From: an uncultured Candidatus Bathyarchaeia archaeon
Lineage (GTDB): Archaea > Thermoproteota > Bathyarchaeia > Bathyarchaeales > Bathycorpusculaceae
DNA: 23,028 nt
Direction: 5' to 3'
Assembly: GCA_964450845.1 (NCBI GenBank)
Contig: CAYVGZ010000016.1
Span: 1-23,028 of the forward strand
A program made the translations under genes and the position numbers. This document shows positions 16,732 through 23,028 of this stretch, piece after piece. The notes beneath the pieces were generated by a model, which was not told the origin of the DNA, searched no databases, and saw nothing but the letters and a program-made list of their open reading frames with translations. Within the stretch, counting starts at the first letter, position 1. Each line of letters begins with the position of its first letter.

Positions 16732-17352
16732 TTAGAATTTAATTGATTCTTCACGCGTTCCATCCTTTGTTATTAACAGAAAATCTATTCCGTCCCCGCT
16801 CATGATGTCCCTGCTTATGGCAGATTTTATCGCCCTGACAACCAAGTCTTTTGCTTCTTCCATGGTTAAATCTTCTCTATATCCTTCTTCAATTACTCCC
16901 ATAGCTATTTCTGTTCCAGAACCCACAACCGCATATTTGTCTGGTATTACTGAACCCAGAATGTCAAGCACATAAAGCGACGCCTCTTCTTCATCTATGC
17001 CGCCGACAATTGTTTGGGTAATCAACGGTGCCAATCGGCGACCAAAAAGTAGGTTTGACATTAGTTTGGCTGCTGCCCTCACAGAAATGGATCTGCCAAC
17101 ATCTAAATCAAACAAGTTTGCGTAGGCTTCCACTTCTCTTACGAGGATTTGCATGTCAGAAACAAGTCCTGCGCATGCTGCACCAATAGAATCAGTTATT
17201 TTGAAAACCTTTTTACCGCCCTTACTGACAACGAGGTAACCGTAAGAGACACGTTTTTCAGACGCTAAAATAACTCCTTCTGAGCATACTACTCCAACAG
17301 TTGTTGCGCCTGGAATCCAAAGATATCCCGCTTGTTGGCTTTGTTTCTCCAT
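16732..17352 (-). CDS. psmB: Proteasome beta subunit, probably non-catalytic (Thr1 replaced by Ala)
   Basis: GATTVG.....GVILASEKR, KVFKI, AG.VSDMQ, GSG...A.GV.E, A..RD..SGDG. Confidence 0.93.
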   Translation of the reverse strand: MEKQSQQAGYLWIPGATTVGVVCSEGVILASEKRVSYGYLVVSKGGKKVFKITDSIGAACAGLVSDMQILVREVEAYANLFDLDVGRSISVRAAAKLMSNLLFGRRLAPLITQTIVGGIDEEEASLYVLDILGSVIPDKYAVVGSGTEIAMGVIEEGYREDLTMEEAKDLVVRAIKSAISRDIMSGDGIDFLLITKDGTREESIKF

Positions 17353-17442
17353 ACAATTCACCTTTGCTCCGTGATATACACAAGCAACTTATTAAACTTA
17401 ATCATGAAGCCCTGCAATACGCATCATTCTCCATACAATTCA
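17345..17442. repeat. Exact 16-bp direct repeat TTCTCCATACAATTCA (17345-17360 and 17427-17442)
   Basis: Both copies read directly from the sequence, 82 bp apart; the first covers the psmB start codon. Confidence 0.85.
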
Positions 17443-17606
17443 TAATTGTTTCCTCCGCAATTAACACACTCTTTAATTAACCGCGAAATTTTTTAGGATA
17501 GTTGACATTTACGCCTTTAAATCATACGTGCGAAGACGAGTTTGTCACTCTTTAAGAATCGCAAATGATAAAAGCGAGATAATCACACCTCAAAGCGGGA
17601 TGTTTC

Positions 17607-18131
17607 ATGGTAACTCGTGGACTTTTTGTTGGCAGGTTTCAACCATTTCACCTAGGTCATCTTAGCGCGATAAAAGACATTTTAAAAGAGATTGACGAGT
17701 TAGTAATTGTCATCGGCAGTGCCCAATACAGCCACAATCTTAATAACCCGTTTACTGCCGGCGAAAGGTTGGTTATGGTTTGTAAGGCTTTGGAGGAAGC
17801 TGGAATGGACCATTCGCGGGTTTGGGTTGTGCCTGTGCCCGATGCGCATCTGCATATGATGTGGGTTGCCGCCGTAGAAGGTTATACTCCGCATTTCGAT
17901 GTTGTTTATTCTAATGAGCCGTTGACACGTCGGCTTTTCAAAGAAGCTGGATACAAGGTCAAAACTGTCCGGTTTCATGAAAGAAAGCTTTATTCTTCAA
18001 CCGAAATAAGAGTGAGAATGCAAAAAAACGAAAGCTGGGAGAAACTTGTTCCCAAAAGTGTGGCAGCTTTCATAAAGGAGATAGATGGGGTTAACAGGCT
18101 TCGAGATTTGAACAAGAGCGACAAAGTATGA
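17607..18131 (+). CDS. nadM: Nicotinamide-nucleotide adenylyltransferase
   Basis: GRFQPFHLGH (HxGH), GSAQ.SH...NPFTAGER, SSTEIR. Confidence 0.95.
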   Translation: MVTRGLFVGRFQPFHLGHLSAIKDILKEIDELVIVIGSAQYSHNLNNPFTAGERLVMVCKALEEAGMDHSRVWVVPVPDAHLHMMWVAAVEGYTPHFDVVYSNEPLTRRLFKEAGYKVKTVRFHERKLYSSTEIRVRMQKNESWEKLVPKSVAAFIKEIDGVNRLRDLNKSDKV

Positions 18132-18906
18132 CTTTGTCTCCACTTTTAATTTTGAAGATTTCTGCAGCATCCCCTTGATTTACGGAGATTTCTAAGAAGT
18201 TGTGGCTGCCAATGAGGATTAAAGGTTTTTGCGGTTTAACCTCTGCGTAAGTCTTGCAGAACTTCAGTTTTAGCCAAGCGTTTCCAAGCTTGACATTGGC
18301 TATGTGCCCTATTTTCATCGATTCAACTTCTTTTTCTCCAAAGTTTGTAATTATGTTTCCAAAGCCGTCTATGTGCATGACTTCGCCTATCAACATGTCT
18401 TTTCTCCTAACAATTTCCGCGAATTTTGGCATCACAATCTCATGGATTTCTGGTCCAAACTCCTCTGGCTGAATCCCTTTTGCCAAGTGAGCTGCGGCTG
18501 GCGCGAAAACGGCTCTTCCATGGAATGTACTGGATATTTTTGGCAACATAAGCTTTCGGTTTGTTATTTCGTAAATATGCTCCATGCCTTGACTGGTTGC
18601 AGCTAAAGCTAGCACACCGTTGTTCGGTCCGACAAAATAACCATGCTTTGTTTGTATGAGTATCGGTTGCCTTTGCGTTCCAACACCAGGGTCAACGACT
18701 GCTAAGTGAATTGTGCCTTTTGGAAAATATGGAGATGCTGAGGCTAAAATGTATGCGCCCATTCGTATGTTGAACTTTTCTATCTCGTGAGTTATATCAA
18801 CGACTGTAGCTTTTGGATTTATGTTTAAAATGGCAGCTTTCATTTCTGCCACATAAGGGTCTTTTAATCCAAAGTCTGTTGTTAAAGTAATTATAAAGCT
18901 TGGCAT
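18091..18906 (-). CDS. SAM hydroxide adenosyltransferase (DUF62, chlorinase/fluorinase family)
   Basis: ITLTTDFG..D.YV..MK, DITH, VVDPGVGT.R, GP.NG, STFHGR.VFAP.AAHL, ID.FGN.ITN, GS.NFLEI.VNQG.A. Confidence 0.93.
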   Translation of the reverse strand: MPSFIITLTTDFGLKDPYVAEMKAAILNINPKATVVDITHEIEKFNIRMGAYILASASPYFPKGTIHLAVVDPGVGTQRQPILIQTKHGYFVGPNNGVLALAATSQGMEHIYEITNRKLMLPKISSTFHGRAVFAPAAAHLAKGIQPEEFGPEIHEIVMPKFAEIVRRKDMLIGEVMHIDGFGNIITNFGEKEVESMKIGHIANVKLGNAWLKLKFCKTYAEVKPQKPLILIGSHNFLEISVNQGDAAEIFKIKSGDKVILCRSCSNLEAC

Positions 18907-19024
18907 GGCGATTTTCAGTATAGGTTTTCTTCTTCTTGTGTTTTTTGCTTTTAAAAGGAGCGCAATCTTCATTTATAAAATGCCGAGCAATTAGATTTCT
19001 ACAAGCATATGTAAGGATTGCAAA

Positions 19025-19747
19025 ATGTTCATTAAAAAACTTTCAACAAAAGAAATAGCTTTAACCGTCTGCTTTACAGCCCTATATGTTGTTTTAGGCC
19101 TTCTGCCGATTTCCCCAATAATAGGCTTACCTGGCAAAACAATAACTGCAGCAGCAATCATAGCCCCAATAATGGGCATTCTCCTTGGACCATACATAGG
19201 CACTTTATCCGCATTTTTAGGTGGATTAATTGGCTTTTTCTTTGGCTATTTTTCTCCGCCGAGTCTCGTTTCGGGCGTTTTTGCAGTCTTATGCGCTGGC
19301 ATGCTGAGCGTTGGCAAACGAAGCGTCTGCGCCTTCACCTACTTCTCATTAATATTTCTTTTTGGCTTCTATCCTTTTGTTGGTCCCGTTTGGCTTTATC
19401 CACCTTTAATGTGGTTTCAAATAGCTGGTTTTCTTATTCTAGTTTCGCCCCTGCAATCTACAGCTTCAAAAAACCTTAACTCAAGAAATAAATCAAAATC
19501 TCTTTTTGCCTTCTTTGTAACCTCTTTAACGTCAACTTTAGCTGGTCAAATCGCTGGTTCTTTAGCCTTTGAGCTTCTTTCGTGGCCTATTTTTATGGCG
19601 GATGTAAACATTTGGAAAGCAAATTGGCAATTTCTAACATTTCTTTACCCCATAGAAAGAATAATCATGGCATTGAGCGCAGCATTAATCGGAACATCTC
19701 TTTACAAGGTTTTGAGGTTTTCTACGAATATCCAAAAGCATTCATGA
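19025..19747 (+). CDS. ECF transporter S-component-like membrane protein (substrate unknown)
   Basis: TKEIAL...FTALYVVL N-terminus, P..GILLGP..G...A.LG.LIG signature, six or more hydrophobic helices. Confidence 0.75.
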   Translation: MFIKKLSTKEIALTVCFTALYVVLGLLPISPIIGLPGKTITAAAIIAPIMGILLGPYIGTLSAFLGGLIGFFFGYFSPPSLVSGVFAVLCAGMLSVGKRSVCAFTYFSLIFLFGFYPFVGPVWLYPPLMWFQIAGFLILVSPLQSTASKNLNSRNKSKSLFAFFVTSLTSTLAGQIAGSLAFELLSWPIFMADVNIWKANWQFLTFLYPIERIIMALSAALIGTSLYKVLRFSTNIQKHS

Positions 19748-20483
19748 AGATGCACTCTTTGAACGGCATCATCATATCTGCAGAACCATAAGCATTATCA
19801 TCAAAATCAACTGACGCATCCTTAATCAAGACTACAGGAGTTTTCTCCGCAGCTTCGCCCATTAATAAATGAGCCGCAGAAGCCAAATCATCCGCAATCG
19901 CATGTCGCGTAATTATTAATGGCTTTCCGTAAATGTCCTTATCACCTCTACGGTCCTTTACTGGTTTAAACCCTGCAACAGCTAAAGCCAAACCAGTAGT
20001 GCCCATCCTAAGCGGAACCAAACCGCTGTCAACGATTAAAACCGCAACATGCTTGCCTGTTTTATGTTTTATTTCTTCTCTGATGCGTACTGCCCATTTT
20101 TGTGCGTCATTTGGCCATAAAACTGCATAATCCTTAGGTGCATTTTTGTTATCTATTCCAGCATTAGCGGTTAAAACTCCATTTTTAAGTGTTAAAACAG
20201 CTTTTTCGACTCCTCCATAAACTTTGTCTGCTTCGCATAAGATCAGCTCTGCAAATTCTGGTTGCAAAGAAAACCGTTTTGCAAGTTCTTTCGCCCTATC
20301 AGAAGGCACAATGTCACTTAATTTTACTATGCGTCCTTCTGCGCACGCTATGATTTTTGATGTTATAGCTAATATGTCGTTGGTTTCCAGATTCAAGTTC
20401 TGCTCTCTTAGAGATTCAAGAATTGCTTTAACCGTGTCATCACCAGTTTTTATGATTCTCGTCTTAACGCCGTAAAGCCTCAT
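19722..20483 (-). CDS. cofE: CofE-family gamma-glutamyl ligase (coenzyme F420-0:L-glutamate ligase-like)
   Basis: I..GDD, DIL.ITSKI...AEG, ANAGID..N, V.I.DS...P.R.G..G.A, D.YG..L..T..A.AD.LASAA.L.MGE..E..P.V.I. Confidence 0.88.
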   Translation of the reverse strand: MRLYGVKTRIIKTGDDTVKAILESLREQNLNLETNDILAITSKIIACAEGRIVKLSDIVPSDRAKELAKRFSLQPEFAELILCEADKVYGGVEKAVLTLKNGVLTANAGIDNKNAPKDYAVLWPNDAQKWAVRIREEIKHKTGKHVAVLIVDSGLVPLRMGTTGLALAVAGFKPVKDRRGDKDIYGKPLIITRHAIADDLASAAHLLMGEAAEKTPVVLIKDASVDFDDNAYGSADMMMPFKECIFMNAFGYS

Positions 20484-20489
20484 TGTTTT

Positions 20490-20774
20490 TCATCCTCCAT
20501 GGACCACTGGAACAAAAACCACCTCATCCTCATCTTCAAGCATTGTGTCTAAACCGTTTAAAACGCTGATTTCCTTTCCATTCACAAGTATAAGCGTGTT
20601 TGGCCTTGGATCTTCCAGTTCTGGGTCGATTAGCACTTTTTTAAGTTTGGGTAATTCTTTAACTATTTCTTTTATGGCTTTTCTTAAGGAAATTGTACCT
20701 TCAGACGTGATGGTAAGTTTGTCTTTGTCTGATGCGTTGCGAAAAGCACCGATAAGCTTAACGGTTATAACCAT
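20490..20774 (-). CDS. MoaD/ThiS/SAMP ubiquitin-like protein
   Basis: Beta-grasp pattern, ILVNG.EI..L.G..T.L.D.DEV.F.P, C-terminal diglycine (VHGG). Confidence 0.9.
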   Translation of the reverse strand: MVITVKLIGAFRNASDKDKLTITSEGTISLRKAIKEIVKELPKLKKVLIDPELEDPRPNTLILVNGKEISVLNGLDTMLEDEDEVVFVPVVHGG

Positions 20775-20794
20775 TTTCTTTCTCCTTTCTGATA

Positions 20795-22171
20795 TTAGAG
20801 CGTTACTATCACGGAAACGTCGTTAACATTTGTGCCAGTAGGTCCCGTGAATATTAGGTCACCAAGCTTTGAGAAGAAGTGGTAAGAATCGTTTTGCGCT
20901 AGGTATTTTTCGGGAGTTAATCCCATTTTTGCTGCTCTGTCTAATGTTTTTCCATCCGCTATTGCACCTGCAGCATTCGTAGGTCCATCAACACCATCTG
21001 TGCTTAGCGAAGCCACAACCACACCATTCATACCCTGAAGGTTTTGCATCGCTGCCAAAGCTATCTCTTGGTTTCTTCCGCCTAACCCCTTTCCAATAAC
21101 GGTTACAGTTGTTTCTCCACCTGCAATTATGCCCGCTGGCTTTGAAATGGGATTTCCAGACGCATATACTTCGCGTGCTATCGAGGCTAACATTACACCC
21201 ACATGTCTGGCTTCTCCTTCCAACGTTGCAGTTAGCAAAAGCGTGTTTAAACCCTCTGACTTGAGATATTCTCTGGCTGTTAGACTTGCGAGTCTGTTGT
21301 TTCCAACAACAACATTATAAACTCTCTTAAACACTTCATCGTCGGCTTTGGGAGTTTCTGGAATAAGCTCTTTCTCACCATCTGACAGAACTTTCCGGAT
21401 AGATGCTGGAACCTTAGACCATAACCCATATTTTTTCAAAACCTTTATGGCATCGCCAAAGGTTGTTGAGTCTGGAACCGTTGGACCCGAAGCAATAAAA
21501 TCCAACGGATCGCCAACAACATCAGAAAGAATAAGGTTTAAAATTGTGGCTGGATAAGCTTTTTTCGCAAGCCAACCACCCTTAAAATCTGAAATATGTT
21601 TTCTAACAGTGTTAACCTCATTTATTGTTGCGCCACATTTGAGCAGAGAATCTGTAACTTTCTTCTTGTCAACGATTGAAATTTTGCCACGTGGTAAGGG
21701 CATGAGGCTTGAGCCGCCGCCTGAAATCAAACATATGATCAAGTCGTCTTCTTTTGCGTGTTCTGCCATTTCCAGCATGCGGCACGTTCCTGCTACACCG
21801 TCTTCGTCTGGAATCGGGTGGCTTGCTTCATGAAGCTCTATAATATCTGTCTTGTTTTTGTTGCTGCGGGGAACGTTCACAAGCCCGTTTGTTATGTTAT
21901 TGCCTAGAACCTGCTCTAGGGTTTCAGCCATTAAACCGCTTGCCTTGCCCCCGCCTATAACGTAGATGTTCTTGAATTTTTTTAAATCAATCAAGTATCC
22001 ATTCGCGTGGAGAGTTGAATTTTTGAGCAAAAGCTTCGATTTTATTATCTGTTTCGGGTCGACGGCGTTTAATGCGGATTCGAGGCTTCTTAGGGCTAGT
22101 GCCCTGGCTTTTTGGTTAAGTTTTGTTTCGCCATTTTTTACGAGTTCTTCCTTATTCTTTATTGTTATCAT
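20795..22171 (-). CDS. gck: Glycerate 2-kinase (type II, MOFRL/GckA family)
   Basis: GGGKA, HPIPD, LISGGGSSL, IN..N.VRKH.S..KGG.LA, SDVVGD....IASGPT, GGETTV, GGRNQE, TDG.DG, TGPTGTNVND. Confidence 0.95.
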   Translation of the reverse strand: MITIKNKEELVKNGETKLNQKARALALRSLESALNAVDPKQIIKSKLLLKNSTLHANGYLIDLKKFKNIYVIGGGKASGLMAETLEQVLGNNITNGLVNVPRSNKNKTDIIELHEASHPIPDEDGVAGTCRMLEMAEHAKEDDLIICLISGGGSSLMPLPRGKISIVDKKKVTDSLLKCGATINEVNTVRKHISDFKGGWLAKKAYPATILNLILSDVVGDPLDFIASGPTVPDSTTFGDAIKVLKKYGLWSKVPASIRKVLSDGEKELIPETPKADDEVFKRVYNVVVGNNRLASLTAREYLKSEGLNTLLLTATLEGEARHVGVMLASIAREVYASGNPISKPAGIIAGGETTVTVIGKGLGGRNQEIALAAMQNLQGMNGVVVASLSTDGVDGPTNAAGAIADGKTLDRAAKMGLTPEKYLAQNDSYHFFSKLGDLIFTGPTGTNVNDVSVIVTL

Positions 22172-22268
22172 TTAGACATTCCATTGTTACTTTTTTAAAG
22201 GGTCATTGCGTAAGTGTAATAAGTCAATATTAATAAAGAATTCCGCAAAGCATTGTTTGGTGAGATGC

Positions 22269-23028
22269 ATGCCAAAACCGAAGGTTTATGTTACTCGTGA
22301 ACTTCCTGAACGAGGTCTAAAAATAATCAAACAATATTTCGACACTGAAGTTTGGACTGAATATGCTCCGCCGCCAAAAAAAATAATAATAGAAAAGGCA
22401 AAGAATGTTGACGCGTTGGCTTCACTTTTGTCCGACAAAATTGACGCTGAAGTTTTTGACGCCGCGCCAAAACTAAAGATTGTCGCGCAAATGGCTGTGG
22501 GGTTCGACAACATAGATGTGCAAGAAGCTACGAAAAGAGGCATCTACGTCACGAATACGCCTGAAGTTTTGACTGATACAACAGCAGATTTCGCTTGGGC
22601 GCTTTTGATGGCTATTGCAAGGCGTGTTGTTGAAGCAGACAGATACGTTCGCACTGGACAATGGAAGGTTGGCTGGCATCCTAGCATGATGCAGGGTAGA
22701 GATATTCACGGAGCAACTATAGGCATTGTTGGCGCTGGGAGAATTGGCTTTGGGGTTGCGAAAAGGGCTGCAGGCTTCAACATGAAAATTCTCTTCTACG
22801 ATGTTGTGCCAAGACCAGAAATGGAAAAAGAGTTAGATGCAAAAAAAGTTGACTTAGACACGCTTTTTAAAGAATCAGACTTTGTTAGCATTCATGTTCC
22901 GTTAATGAAGGAAACTTATCATCTGGTAAACTCGGATAGGCTTAAGCTGATGAAGAAAACCGCTTACTTAATCAACAATTCCCGTGGACCAGTCATTGAT
23001 GAAAAAGCCTTGTACGAAGCCTTAAAAG
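22269..23028 (+). CDS. gyaR: Glyoxylate/hydroxypyruvate reductase (D-2-hydroxyacid dehydrogenase), 3' truncated, absent from ORF track
   Basis: Hand translation from ATG 22269: MPKPKVYVTRELPE..., AVGFDNIDV..AT.RGI.VTNTPEVLTDTTAD, W..GWHP, GIVGAGRIG, DFVSIHVPL, INNSRG; open to the window end. Confidence 0.92.
   Translation, partial: MPKPKVYVTRELPERGLKIIKQYFDTEVWTEYAPPPKKIIIEKAKNVDALASLLSDKIDAEVFDAAPKLKIVAQMAVGFDNIDVQEATKRGIYVTNTPEVLTDTTADFAWALLMAIARRVVEADRYVRTGQWKVGWHPSMMQGRDIHGATIGIVGAGRIGFGVAKRAAGFNMKILFYDVVPRPEMEKELDAKKVDLDTLFKESDFVSIHVPLMKETYHLVNSDRLKLMKKTAYLINNSRGPVIDEKALYEALK

Noticed and set aside
393-22709. Numerous 60-130 aa antisense or alternate-frame ORFs in the track
   Set aside because: All are nested in well-supported genes and lack family motifs; they are shadow ORFs.
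1-23028. tRNA, rRNA, CRISPR arrays, transposases, integrases and defence genes
   Set aside because: Intergenic gaps are short (at most about 250 nt) and AT-rich, with no cloverleaf or repeat-spacer pattern and no mobile-element ORFs. An Infernal/Rfam scan would be needed to exclude small guide RNAs.

Overview
Archaeal chromosomal housekeeping region (about 40% GC by eye, TATA-type promoters, GGTGA/GGAGG ribosome-binding sites). Gene content and style suggest Bathyarchaeia or a related TACK lineage; this is inference. Left to right: (1) the 3' part of an HdrA-MvhD fusion directly followed by a four-subunit 2-oxoacid:ferredoxin oxidoreductase (delta-alpha-beta-gamma); (2) a minus-strand translation/KEOPS cluster, kae1-bud32-VOC-ham1-rps15-RecJ/GAN-pcc1-[two metal-binding microproteins]-serS-rps3ae; (3) a TFE-beta (RPC34-like) gene, rlmE, a DUF4152-like gene and a SpoIIM-like gene; (4) nadC, a GT-B glycosyltransferase, AMMECR1, a probably non-catalytic proteasome beta subunit and NMN adenylyltransferase; (5) SAM hydroxide adenosyltransferase, a lone ECF S-component, a CofE-family ligase, a SAMP/MoaD protein, glycerate kinase and a truncated glyoxylate/hydroxypyruvate reductase. 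Two real genes are missing from the ORF track: a 45-aa CxxC-x17-CxxC protein (6158-6295, minus) and gyaR (22269 to the window end). I saw no tRNA, rRNA, CRISPR array or mobile element. The most notable signals are the HdrA-MvhD/Kor coupling, a perfect 22-bp palindrome at the predicted transcription start of the unannotated microprotein, a duplicated promoter/start unit upstream of psmB that creates a mini-ORF, and a possible folate-salvage pair (ECF S-component plus CofE-like ligase). All family assignments come from motif recognition, not database searches.
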